DNA of 37,971 bases from Promethearchaeota archaeon (lineage in GTDB: Archaea > Asgardarchaeota > Lokiarchaeia > Sigyniarchaeales > SOKP01): contig JAGXNU010000002.1 in NCBI GenBank assembly GCA_019894815.1, positions 1-37,971 on the forward strand. The letters are read 5' to 3'. Below are positions 17,591 to 27,310 of the stretch, piece by piece. Below the pieces are notes generated by a model. It was not told the origin of the DNA, searched no databases, and was given only the letters and a program-made list of their open reading frames with translations. A program made the translations under genes and the position numbers. The stretch's first letter is position 1. Each line of letters starts with the position of its first letter.

Positions 17591-18337
17591 ATGGAAAGAG
17601 AATTTTTCGAGGAAATACACGGTTCAGATTCAGTGGCCAATCGTAAACTAATAAAAGATAATGATTTAGTGATCTTAGCGCGTGATTTGGTAAAAAATTA
17701 TGAAATAGGAGATTTTATAGTAAAAGCTGTGGATCACGTGTCTTTAGAAATAAAAAGAGGCGAATTTCTTGTGATTATGGGACCTTCAGGCGCAGGAAAA
17801 ACCACGTTACTAAATTTAATCGGAGGACTTGATCTTCCAGAGCAGGGTATAATATATTATAATGGCGTGCTTATATCGAGTATGAATGAGGAATCATTAG
17901 CAATCTTTCGTTTAATGAATTCTGGTTTCATATTTCAAAATTATAATCTCATTAGCACTTTAACTGCTGAAGAAAATGTAATGTTTCCAATGAGTTTGGC
18001 AGGAGTTAGTTTAAAAGATCAAAGAGAACAAGCTGTCAGCTTATTATTGAAAATGGGGTTGGAAAATAGAAGAGAACATCTACCATTTCAATTATCTGCT
18101 GGTGAGCAACAAAGGGTGGCAATAGCACGAGCACTTGCCAATAAACCTCCAAATATTTTAGCAGATGAACCGACTGCTAACCTAGATAAAAAAACAAGCA
18201 TTTTCATTCAAAAATTATTTAAAGAATTGAAAGAAGAAGGAATTACCATGGTAATAGCTACGCATGATGATGGTTTAATTGAATTGGCTGATCAAATTAT
18301 TGTATTTGAAGATGGCAAAGTGATAAATAATACTTAG
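17591..18337 (+). CDS. ABC transporter ATP-binding protein (MacB/LolD-like)
   Basis: Walker A GPSGAGKTT, Q-loop, signature LSAGEQQR, Walker B ILADEPT, H-loop ATHD. Confidence 0.9.
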   Translation: MEREFFEEIHGSDSVANRKLIKDNDLVILARDLVKNYEIGDFIVKAVDHVSLEIKRGEFLVIMGPSGAGKTTLLNLIGGLDLPEQGIIYYNGVLISSMNEESLAIFRLMNSGFIFQNYNLISTLTAEENVMFPMSLAGVSLKDQREQAVSLLLKMGLENRREHLPFQLSAGEQQRVAIARALANKPPNILADEPTANLDKKTSIFIQKLFKELKEEGITMVIATHDDGLIELADQIIVFEDGKVINNT

Positions 18338-18429
18338 GGTGAGGTGAATATTTTATTTCGTTTGATTTTGCACTGAAAGATTTTTATAGGAACAAAGAAA
18401 ACACCTTTCCATATGTTATTATCATTAGT

Positions 18430-20259
18430 TTGATAATAGCTCTAGCGGAATTCTTAATATTATTTGCTTCATCAATTGGATTGAATCAACTAATAACTTA
18501 CAATTTTCAAAATGAATTTTATTTTTCAGGAGGACTAAGTTATCTTTATTCTAATTTCACAATTTTAATAATTAGTTTAATAATTATATTAGCTTTTATA
18601 ATGATATTGGTTGCTTCAAGTAGTTTAATCCTTTCAAAAAAACGTGATATTGCGATAATGAAATCCTTAGGGACGATTCCAAGAAGATTATATAGTTTTT
18701 ATTTAACAGAAGTATATATTATATTCATTATTGGTTTCTTAGTAGGTCTTATTGTTGGTCTAGTCGTCTTTGGTGTATTTTCCTTATTTATCAGTAGTTT
18801 AGGGTTATCAGGATTTTTCTATTTTGATCTGTTTTTCACCCCAATATTATTTCTCGCCAGTATCCTTGGCATTTTTTTCGTACCGGGAGCGATAATGCGA
18901 AAAATAGCAAATCGATCGGCTGTAGAAATCTTTTCTAAAGACATCCCATTTGACTTAGATGCTTCGAAAAAAATTTCCTTCATACCTAAATGGATTTCGG
19001 GCATAAATTTCAATTTTAAAATCTCAGTATTGAATACCTTACGACGTAAAGGAGAATATAAAAGGTTCCTACTGGTGTTTTCAATAATTTCGATGATTAT
19101 TTTTACTTTAGGGCTTGGAACATTCGTTTTAAGCCAATCTGCTCAGAATTGGATACAAAAAGCACAAGGAAATAATTTAATAGTGATTGGTCACGAAAAT
19201 GTAATTCAACAATATGCATTGATGTATGAAATGTTTTCCGATCCTTCAATCATCGTGGACACGGAAATAATTGATTTTCTTGATCCACAATACTTATTTA
19301 ATTTATCTGATATTGAAGATTTTGCACTCATTCCTGAAATTTCAAAAATTGATGAACGTCTCCTATGCTTTAGCGATGTTAGCGAATTAAACGGATACGT
19401 ATATCCTGAAGATGGTGGGTATCAAATAGTTGGTCAGGAAAGAACAGGAAATTTCCCAATTTTAGGAGTTAATACCAGTAATTTAATCCAGAACTTTGAA
19501 TTAGAAGGTGTGTACTTTACTCCTTCTGACTCATACATGTTTATTGGTGATGGGTTAGGTTATAACTTTTTCGACTCCCCATTTGATCAGAGCATGAGTA
19601 TTGAAGAGCTTCAACATACTTTTCATGTATCAGGGATAGTAATCGATACGTTGTATAGTGGTTATGCAGGTTATATCGATAGTGAGATAATGAGAGAAGA
19701 ACTGAATTTTACAGGTCAAGAAATAAATCTTGTCATATTGCAATTACAATCTGGAATTACTGATGAAATTGAAGACCAATTAAATTTAATCATTTCTGGA
19801 AATTTAGGAGAAAATTTTAGCATGCTCCCCCTAACCTCTACTTTTCAAAAAAATCAAGATTTTATCAATAATTTAGGCTTATTTCCAAATATTATTATTG
19901 TTGTTCTTTCGGTAATTTCATTATTGTCCTTATATAATTACCAAAAAAGTGGGATCATGGATAAAGCAAAAGATTTTTTAATTATGAGAGCGATAGGTTC
20001 AAGTTATAAGAGCATTAAAAAAATTTTATTTCTTGAGACGTTTTATGTTATAATTCCATCATTATTTTTTAGTTTAGGGATTGGAATGATATTGAATGCT
20101 TTAATACTATTTGATAGAGTTACTTTACCCCCCTTATCTATTCCATTTATTCTTATCGGGATTCTAATTGGTCTATTTTTGCTATTTAATTATCTCTCTC
20201 TCTCTTCTCTTATGAAAAAAATCAAAAAATTTTCAATTAAGGATTTTGAAATATATTGA
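18430..20259 (+). CDS. ABC transporter permease with two FtsX-like domains; true start probably upstream
   Basis: Two FtsX-type helix bundles (..KKRDIAIMKSLG.. and ..KDFLIMRAIG..) flank a large soluble domain. The frame is open from 18343 and encodes the typical FDFALKDFYRNKENTF N-terminus. No ATG/GTG/TTG occurs there. Confidence 0.8.
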   Translation: MIIALAEFLILFASSIGLNQLITYNFQNEFYFSGGLSYLYSNFTILIISLIIILAFIMILVASSSLILSKKRDIAIMKSLGTIPRRLYSFYLTEVYIIFIIGFLVGLIVGLVVFGVFSLFISSLGLSGFFYFDLFFTPILFLASILGIFFVPGAIMRKIANRSAVEIFSKDIPFDLDASKKISFIPKWISGINFNFKISVLNTLRRKGEYKRFLLVFSIISMIIFTLGLGTFVLSQSAQNWIQKAQGNNLIVIGHENVIQQYALMYEMFSDPSIIVDTEIIDFLDPQYLFNLSDIEDFALIPEISKIDERLLCFSDVSELNGYVYPEDGGYQIVGQERTGNFPILGVNTSNLIQNFELEGVYFTPSDSYMFIGDGLGYNFFDSPFDQSMSIEELQHTFHVSGIVIDTLYSGYAGYIDSEIMREELNFTGQEINLVILQLQSGITDEIEDQLNLIISGNLGENFSMLPLTSTFQKNQDFINNLGLFPNIIIVVLSVISLLSLYNYQKSGIMDKAKDFLIMRAIGSSYKSIKKILFLETFYVIIPSLFFSLGIGMILNALILFDRVTLPPLSIPFILIGILIGLFLLFNYLSLSSLMKKIKKFSIKDFEIY

Positions 20260-20344
20260 TATATTAGTTTATGAAAAAAGTTAAATTTGTAATGTTAGAT
20301 GAAATATATATATTAAAAACGTTCTTTTTCATTAAGTGAAAATT

Positions 20345-21616
20345 ATGGGTCTCCAAGATGATTCCGTTGACGGTAATGCCTTACAGGAGCAACTTAATGA
20401 GCAAAATAAGGAACTCAATAAGAAAGACAACGAAATCGTTCTTTATTTAGAAAAAATCCATATTCTCGAAGATGAGATCATCAAATTGAGAGAACTTCTG
20501 CCTGATGAACACTCCAAAAAAAAAGGAAAGAAAGTTAAAGAAACAAAATTACAACTGGAGATAGAAGCAAAAGATCAAGAAATGAGAGAACTTAAAACCC
20601 GAATGAGCTATTTACGGATAGAAAATATAAATTTTCAAAAAGAGTTAAAAAAACTAAAAGGGTCTGATTCCACGGTTATAAATGTTGAGGACTTGAGAAA
20701 AAAAGCTCCGTTAAATGTCTTAGTAAAAGAACTTCAGGAAAAAATAAATAAACAAGAATCATTAATTAGGAAATTTCAATATGATAAGGTCAACGATGAT
20801 TTACATGATCTTTTAAAAGCCAAAGATATCGAGATCGAAAATCTTACTGATAAAATCCAGGATTTAGAAGAAAATAATTCCAAACCCACCAAGCTTGATG
20901 ATGATCTAAGAAATAATGATAATATAAATAAGAAAATATTGACGGATTTACAAGATAAACTCAATAAATTAAAGAGGCAAAATGAAGATTTAAAATCCAA
21001 AATCAATAAAAAACAACAGAAGAGTGGTAGAGTTATAGAGTTAGAAGAAGAGATTAAAACTTTAAAAAGTAAATTAAATAAAAAAAATAGCGAAACTAAT
21101 CATCAAGAGGGACCCTTAGAACAAGTAGTTGAAGAATTACAGAACAAGCTAAATAAAGCAAAATCAAAAATTAATATCCTTCAAGATCAACTAAAAGAGA
21201 TTAAAGTTCAAAATATTAGTTCTCCTCCTGCAAATGAATCCCATATTGGTACTACTGATAAGTTAAAAATGCAAAGAGATTTGGCAAGTTTCTTACAACA
21301 ACAATTAGATGACGCTAAAAGAGCATTAAAAACAAAAGTGGAAGAAATTGGCACAATTAAGAATGAAGCTATAAGAATAAAACGAAGATATGAAGATTTA
21401 GAAACACAAATTCAATTCAAGGACAATTCCATAAGGGAATTACGTAATAATTTAGATACGTTAAAATTACAAACTCAACCTTATTCTTCTAACATGCAAG
21501 AAGAGAACCCATCGTATGAGTTGAGACTTCAAGAATTGAAAAGTATAGTAGAAGATTTAACAAAGCAAAATATTCAGCAACGGTTAGAAATTAACCAAAT
21601 AAGAAAAACCAATTGA
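20345..21616 (+). CDS. Long coiled-coil protein, function unknown
   Basis: Heptad-rich K/E/L/N sequence throughout. The first ATG is at 20345; the track starts at a GTG at 20336. Confidence 0.6.
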   Translation: MGLQDDSVDGNALQEQLNEQNKELNKKDNEIVLYLEKIHILEDEIIKLRELLPDEHSKKKGKKVKETKLQLEIEAKDQEMRELKTRMSYLRIENINFQKELKKLKGSDSTVINVEDLRKKAPLNVLVKELQEKINKQESLIRKFQYDKVNDDLHDLLKAKDIEIENLTDKIQDLEENNSKPTKLDDDLRNNDNINKKILTDLQDKLNKLKRQNEDLKSKINKKQQKSGRVIELEEEIKTLKSKLNKKNSETNHQEGPLEQVVEELQNKLNKAKSKINILQDQLKEIKVQNISSPPANESHIGTTDKLKMQRDLASFLQQQLDDAKRALKTKVEEIGTIKNEAIRIKRRYEDLETQIQFKDNSIRELRNNLDTLKLQTQPYSSNMQEENPSYELRLQELKSIVEDLTKQNIQQRLEINQIRKTN

Positions 21617-21630
21617 AACATTGATTCTAT

Positions 21631-22611
21631 ATGGATATCATTATTTTAGGATCAGCGGCAGCAATTCCAATGAAACAGAGGAATCTACCTGCCATTGCAT
21701 TACGATATCAAAATGAACTAATTCTTTTTGATTGTGGAGAAGATGTACAACGTAGAATTATTGAAGCAGGTTTAAAATTTAATAAACCAATGAAAATTCT
21801 AATCTCACATTTTCATGGTGATCATGTTATTGGTTTACCCGGATTACTGTTCCGATTCGGATTAATCGAGAGAGATGCACCTCTTACAATATACGGTCCA
21901 AGAAATCTGTTCTTATATCTAAACCTTCATAAAAAAATTCTTGGACTAAAAGCAAATTATCCATTTAAAATAATAGAAATTGATCAATTGAGTAATAAAA
22001 TAATTGAATACGACGGTTTAGATTCGGAATCGTCAATTAGTGAGGAAAATATTGAAAATAACATAATCTTCAATGGAAAAAGATATTCATTAAAGTTTAC
22101 AACTGTTGAACACTCCGTTATTTCATTTGCATATTCTTTTATCGAAAAGCCGAGGAGTGGAAAATTCAATCCTGAACGAGCAATTGAGCTAGAAATTCCT
22201 GAAGGAAGATTATGGAAAAGAATGCAGGAAGGACAAACTATAGAATATAAAGGTCGTGAGATAAATCCTGAAAAAGAAAAAATTGTTGGTCCTAAACTAA
22301 CTGGTCGAAAAATTACTTATTCTGGAGATACTGTACCATCTAATAATTTAATAATGCTTGGAAAAGATTCAGATGTGTTAATACATGAAGCGACTTTTTC
22401 AAATGAACTAAAAAAAATAGCAGAAGAGAAAAAACATTCTACTTCAGTAGATGCCGCTGAATGTGCTCTGAAAATGAATGCAAAGAAGTTAATCTTAACT
22501 CATATTTCTTCTAGATATCAAGAAGATGCTATAATTTTATTAGAAGATGCGAAAAAATTATTTCCAAATACGATCTTAGCAGAAGATCTGATGAAAATTA
22601 CACTAAAATGA
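21631..22611 (+). CDS. rnz: Ribonuclease Z (tRNA 3' endonuclease)
   Basis: ILGSAAAIP..RN..LFDCGE..Q and the metallo-beta-lactamase motif HFHGDH, plus the C-terminal HIS..Y. 326 aa. Confidence 0.85.
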   Translation: MDIIILGSAAAIPMKQRNLPAIALRYQNELILFDCGEDVQRRIIEAGLKFNKPMKILISHFHGDHVIGLPGLLFRFGLIERDAPLTIYGPRNLFLYLNLHKKILGLKANYPFKIIEIDQLSNKIIEYDGLDSESSISEENIENNIIFNGKRYSLKFTTVEHSVISFAYSFIEKPRSGKFNPERAIELEIPEGRLWKRMQEGQTIEYKGREINPEKEKIVGPKLTGRKITYSGDTVPSNNLIMLGKDSDVLIHEATFSNELKKIAEEKKHSTSVDAAECALKMNAKKLILTHISSRYQEDAIILLEDAKKLFPNTILAEDLMKITLK

Positions 22612-22656
22612 AATTTATTAAAAGAAGAAAACAAAGATATCTTTTTATAGATTTTT

Positions 22657-22920
22657 CTAAAAGCCACCAGCGATGTGTGGAAGTATAGTAACGGCATCTG
22701 TTTCTCTAATAACGGTATCCTCATCGGCACGTTTGCCATTTACCAGTATTCCAAAGCATTTTCCCTCCAAATTAAGCTCTTTCAGGAGATCTTTAACTAA
22801 CATGCTCTTTTCTGGTTTAAATATTTCATAAATTCCCGTTTCTAATAGTTCATGAGTTTGTTTTATAGTATTACCACCAAATGCTAAATAATTTGAACTA
22901 TTATAATTAAAACTGTATTC
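22657..22920 (-). pseudogene. ThiS/MoaD-like beta-grasp reading frame lacking a canonical start; ends ...AGGF
   Basis: Hand translation between stops: EYSFNYNSSNYLAFGGNTIKQTHELLETGIYEIFKPEKSMLVKDLLKELNLEGKCFGILVNGKRADEDTVIRETDAVTILPHIAGGF. The only ATG is at 22803, leaving 48 aa. No GTG/TTG lies upstream. Confidence 0.4.
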
Positions 22921-23245
22921 CTATTTAAAATTATTTCCTATCCTATTAAAGGTGTTAATCCATTTATATTCTTAACAATAAATCAATTATTGGTAGTTAG
23001 AAAAGGCTGGTTTGAATTTTGAGCAAAAATTATCTGAAATAATATATTTTCAGTAAAATAAAAGGCTTTTTATGGTAACTTAAATTTTATTTCATAACGT
23101 TTAAATCCTATTAGTGGGTTGATCTTAAATACTTCAAGAGAGTTTTGTTGATTATAGAGATTACTTAGAAAAATTAAGAGATTTTATAGATCAAGGCGGA
23201 ATTAATAAGAATAATAAGGATATAAACCTAATTATAAATCAAGTA

Positions 23246-24775
23246 ATGGAAGAATCAGCAAATTTAGCTAATGATATTGCCGAAACGGGGGAATTTCTTG
23301 AAGCTGGAGAATTTCTGTATTCGGTCGCATCCTTAATTGAAGAAATAGATAATTCAAAATCATTAAAAATACTTGAATTAGTAGATAGATATTGGGAAAA
23401 ACAAATCTCTTCTTATAAACTTCAAGCTAAATTACACGAAATCGCTGAAATTTATATTCGCTTAGCGGATTTGCATGCTGATAAATTTAAAAATCAAAAA
23501 CTCGAAAGAAAAAATATTCGTAATAGTATTAATTTTTTAAAACAAGAAAGTAAATTATTAAAGGATTTTAACGAAATAAGGAAATTAGCTCAAAATTATC
23601 AAAATATCGCAGAATTATATCTTAAAATTTTAGATTATAAACGAGCTACTCGTTATTATGCATTTGTAATTGAAGTTTCAAAAAGTCTACATTATTTTGA
23701 TTTACTAGCATATTCTTATCAACAAATTGCTTCATGTTTTCAAGAATTAGATGATTACGATCGTTCTAATAATATAATTTTAGATGGTATCGAATATTTC
23801 CTCGATTTATTTGAGGAATATGAAGAAAAAAATAATAATTTGACTGTTGCGCAATTATCTCAAGTTTTGAGAAAACTTTACAAATTAATCGATGATAACA
23901 AACAATTTGTCAATTATTCTAAGAAGGAAGCGGGAGCTTATATAAATTTGGCTGAATATTTAGAAAAAAAACCCGAAAACTTTCAGAAAATAGCTACATT
24001 TTACAGAGGCGCTGCTCTTTGTTATCAAGAAATCGATAATAATCTAATTGAATCAGCCTCCTGTTTCGTATTAGCAGGCAATTATTCCGAAAAAATTGAA
24101 GATTATAACGAATCAGCAGTTAATTTTTTTAACGCAGCTGTTACATTTAAGGAAATGAATAATTTAGATATGACCTACAAGCATTTTATAAAAGCAGCTG
24201 ATAATTATTGGAAAGATGGTAATGTTAATGATTCAACAGAGTGCTATTTAAACGCATATGATATAGCGGTTGAAGGAGATTTAGAATATAACCAATATGG
24301 ATTATTTAACCAAATTGTGCGTGGATTGAGTATTATAGCGAAAGAAGGTTTAAAAAATAAGAAATTTTATACTGCCGCTACTTTAATATTGGAAAGCATC
24401 AAATTTTATCAGAAGCTTGATACAGCAAAGGATTTTCTCCTAAAAGAAATGGTAAGGAACGTTTATAAATATTATTATAAAGCAGCAAATTTAAAAGAAA
24501 TTGGTAAGTCACACATCGTTCAATCCTACGTTTTAGCAGCTATTTCTTCGATCTTAAATGGAAGAATTGATAAAGCTCGAGAGATAATATCAAAATTAAA
24601 TTCTACTGGAAGTACTGAAAGAAAATATAAAGAATTGGTTGAAACAATGATTATTTGGATAAATCAAGGAAAACAAATTGAATTTGAGAAATTCTCTTAC
24701 CCCCTTCAACGAATTATAGAAAATTCTGAAGAAATCATGTATCTTTTGCGTCTTTTTAAAGGTTACAAAATCTAA
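23246..24775 (+). CDS. TPR-like all-helical repeat protein (possibly SNAP-like)
   Basis: Repeated antiparallel-helix units with A/Y/L/N periodicity (AQNYQNIAELYLKILDYKRATRYY; HFIKAADNYWKDGNVNDSTECYLNAYDIA). Confidence 0.6.
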   Translation: MEESANLANDIAETGEFLEAGEFLYSVASLIEEIDNSKSLKILELVDRYWEKQISSYKLQAKLHEIAEIYIRLADLHADKFKNQKLERKNIRNSINFLKQESKLLKDFNEIRKLAQNYQNIAELYLKILDYKRATRYYAFVIEVSKSLHYFDLLAYSYQQIASCFQELDDYDRSNNIILDGIEYFLDLFEEYEEKNNNLTVAQLSQVLRKLYKLIDDNKQFVNYSKKEAGAYINLAEYLEKKPENFQKIATFYRGAALCYQEIDNNLIESASCFVLAGNYSEKIEDYNESAVNFFNAAVTFKEMNNLDMTYKHFIKAADNYWKDGNVNDSTECYLNAYDIAVEGDLEYNQYGLFNQIVRGLSIIAKEGLKNKKFYTAATLILESIKFYQKLDTAKDFLLKEMVRNVYKYYYKAANLKEIGKSHIVQSYVLAAISSILNGRIDKAREIISKLNSTGSTERKYKELVETMIIWINQGKQIEFEKFSYPLQRIIENSEEIMYLLRLFKGYKI

Positions 24776-24827
24776 TTCTTTTCGAATTATTTGATAATTT
24801 GGAGCAACAATTACATAGTGAATATTT

Positions 24828-25508
24828 ATGACAAACGTAAATAAAATTCTTGTTAGTTTTGATTTAGATTATACCTTAATATATAATAGTCAAGGTATTG
24901 TAAATTCATTCAATTACGCTCTAAATAAATACAATTTACCTCCGAAAAAGCCAAATGAAATTGAAAAAATGATTGGAGAACCTTTAGATCACATGTTCTC
25001 AGAGTTTTCTAGCATGGATCCAACAATTTTATCCTCAGCTTTTCGAGAGTTTTATAGTAGAAAAGGAATTTTTCAATCTCAACTAATACCAGGTGTCCAA
25101 AATATTCTTAAGATGTTAAAGAAACACAAATTCCAATTAGGAGTGATTACTTCTAAAAAGCAAGAAATAGCAGAGCAAATTATTCGATATTTAAAAATTA
25201 GAGACTATTTTGAGTATGTAATAGGAGAAACTCCTGAAAGAAAAACTTTAGGGAAGCTTGATCCATCATTAAAAGCAATAATATCTAACAAGTTTCCCGA
25301 GCATCAGGTCATTGTAGTTGGTGATCATCCAAAAGATGCAAAACTTTCCAATAATTTAGAATGCTTTTTTATTGGTGTTTTAACGGGTCATTACGGTAAA
25401 GAAGAACTCAAGAAGGAAAAGCCTAACAACTCCATAGTAGTCAATAGTGTTAATGAAATATCAATTGATCTTATTAAAAATCTCCTAAAAAAACGTAAAT
25501 TAAAATAA
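24828..25508 (+). CDS. HAD-superfamily phosphatase (PGP-like)
   Basis: Motif I FDLDYTL (DxDxT), motif II ITSK, motif IV VGDHPKD. Confidence 0.8.
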   Translation: MTNVNKILVSFDLDYTLIYNSQGIVNSFNYALNKYNLPPKKPNEIEKMIGEPLDHMFSEFSSMDPTILSSAFREFYSRKGIFQSQLIPGVQNILKMLKKHKFQLGVITSKKQEIAEQIIRYLKIRDYFEYVIGETPERKTLGKLDPSLKAIISNKFPEHQVIVVGDHPKDAKLSNNLECFFIGVLTGHYGKEELKKEKPNNSIVVNSVNEISIDLIKNLLKKRKLK

Positions 25509-25531
25509 AAAATAGAAAAAAAGATAGAGTA

Positions 25532-26989
25532 TTATTCCTTTTCCCAAGATTCGTATTCTTTCATAAATTCTTCTGGTTTCCATTGAGTATCCATGAATTT
25601 AGGAATACCAGAACTATCTCTTGGTCCTACTACAACAAAAGCATTTGCTTCATCTTCTAAAGCACCACTAATACGAGCAGCCATTCCCGGGAGAATTAAT
25701 ATTCGGTGCTTTACGTTATCAAAAGGTTTGAATTCATTTACTGCTTCTCCTATTCCACTAGCACTGAATTGACCTCCAGCAACTGCTGATTCAATACCAA
25801 TACCTTCAGTATCAGCTACTAATAACCAACAAGCAATATTAGCTCCTTGTAGATCTTGTTCAACAGGAATTTTTGTCATTCGATAATTACTTGTGACAAA
25901 AATTGGAGCCATATCTCCTGGTTCACCGACTTTATAAACACCTGGATCCACAGCTGGATATATCCTTGGATCACTATATACACTTTGCCTTAAAGTCATC
26001 AAAGCTAACAGTGCCCAAATATCATCTTTTTCTTGACCAGTATGCATTATAATAAGACTCGTTCCAATAGACTCCATGATCGCGCCCATGATTATTTCTT
26101 CAAATTGATGTCTCCACAGATCCTTTTTATCATCAACCTTAGTTTGCGCCCAATAAACTGCTGGTACACCCATAACTGGCCAACCTGCGTTCACATCTTC
26201 TTTATTAATAGCAGCTGTTCTCAATTTAATTATATTATCATAAGTTACAGCTAAATTACCAGGACCAAAGTAAGTTCCAGCATCTAATATAATTGATTTT
26301 GCTCCTAACTGTTGAAGTGTTGCACTGAGTGATACCAGTTCATCAATATTAGTTGAAACAGCAGCAACGGGTAAATTATTTTGAACTGCAAATGTTCCAA
26401 TTTGTTCCCAAGTATCCTTAGTTGCAGCATAAAGTAATGGATTTTTCTCTTTGATATCAGCAGCAGCAGCTAGAAGTATATCAGGATTTAAGCAACATAA
26501 AATAATAGGTAAATTTGATACGTCTGCTAGTTTTTTTGCAGCAAGCTTAAATTGTTCTTTATCTCCAGATACATTTCTTAATGCTATACCATTAACTTGT
26601 AAGACCTCTCCAATACGATTAATGGTTAAATCCGCTAAATATTTTACTTTTTGTTCCAAATCAGGGTCATCATCTGCAATTTCTATGAAAATTCCCGTTT
26701 CATTATAGTATGTTAATTGGTGACGCATTAAAACCTCCTCACCGCCAACTGTTACTGCTCTCTCTCCCGTGCCAATGATAACCGGTTTCTGAGGGGGAGT
26801 AATGAGTTTTATGAGTTTATTCCGTTTTTTAGCTTGCTTGGAGTCATTCATGAGGTGAGTACAGTCTTTTACATGGATCTTGCGTTCAAGCAAACCCGTA
26901 GCAAATGCCATGCACGTGTCGTAGCCACATTCCTTACAATTGGATTTATCCAATAAAGAATAAATGTCCAATGGTGATGGTCGGCCCAT
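25532..26989 (-). CDS. cdhE: Acetyl-CoA decarbonylase/synthase gamma subunit (corrinoid Fe-S protein large subunit)
   Basis: N-terminal Fe-S motif CKECGYDTCMAFA....C followed by a TIM-barrel-sized body. 485 aa. Confidence 0.8.
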   Translation of the reverse strand: MGRPSPLDIYSLLDKSNCKECGYDTCMAFATGLLERKIHVKDCTHLMNDSKQAKKRNKLIKLITPPQKPVIIGTGERAVTVGGEEVLMRHQLTYYNETGIFIEIADDDPDLEQKVKYLADLTINRIGEVLQVNGIALRNVSGDKEQFKLAAKKLADVSNLPIILCCLNPDILLAAAADIKEKNPLLYAATKDTWEQIGTFAVQNNLPVAAVSTNIDELVSLSATLQQLGAKSIILDAGTYFGPGNLAVTYDNIIKLRTAAINKEDVNAGWPVMGVPAVYWAQTKVDDKKDLWRHQFEEIIMGAIMESIGTSLIIMHTGQEKDDIWALLALMTLRQSVYSDPRIYPAVDPGVYKVGEPGDMAPIFVTSNYRMTKIPVEQDLQGANIACWLLVADTEGIGIESAVAGGQFSASGIGEAVNEFKPFDNVKHRILILPGMAARISGALEDEANAFVVVGPRDSSGIPKFMDTQWKPEEFMKEYESWEKE

Positions 26990-27092
26990 TATTTAATCAT
27001 CTCTCTCTTTAATTTGACTTTTCTTGATTTTATTATGAATATTTATGTTTAGAATTAATTATGAATTGTAATTAAAAATTTGGATTTTTACC

Positions 27093-27310
27093 AGAGAATT
27101 AGGGAGAAGGGCTGGAATGTTTTTTAAAAAGGAATGGAAAAACCTTTTGTGAAAAGCTTTTTAAAATGAAAACTATAGTGCAAAAGTCAAAAATTTATTT
27201 TTTTGAAAATTAGAAGAGAGAAATAGGGAGAAGAACTGCTTTTTAAAAAAGAAGGGGTAATTTTTTGCGAATGGATAAAATTTTATTTCAATCCTTCTTC
27301 CCATTCTCTC
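27093..27310. repeat. Purine-rich repeat family in the cdhE upstream region (two direct copies, one inverted)
   Basis: 27093-27137 AGAGAATTAGGGAGAAGGGCTG..TTTTTAAAAAGGAATGG. 27217-27257 AGAGAAATAGGGAGAAGAACTG..TTTTTAAAAAAGAAGGGG. 27293-27310 ccttcttcccattctctc is the reverse complement GAGAGAATGGGAAGAAGG. Confidence 0.6.

Noticed and set aside
22518-22739. 73-aa minus-strand ORF overlapping the 3' end of rnz.
   Set aside because: It overlaps the RNase Z coding sequence. It is out of frame with the ThiS/MoaD-like frame that explains 22657..22920 better. Its translation is featureless.
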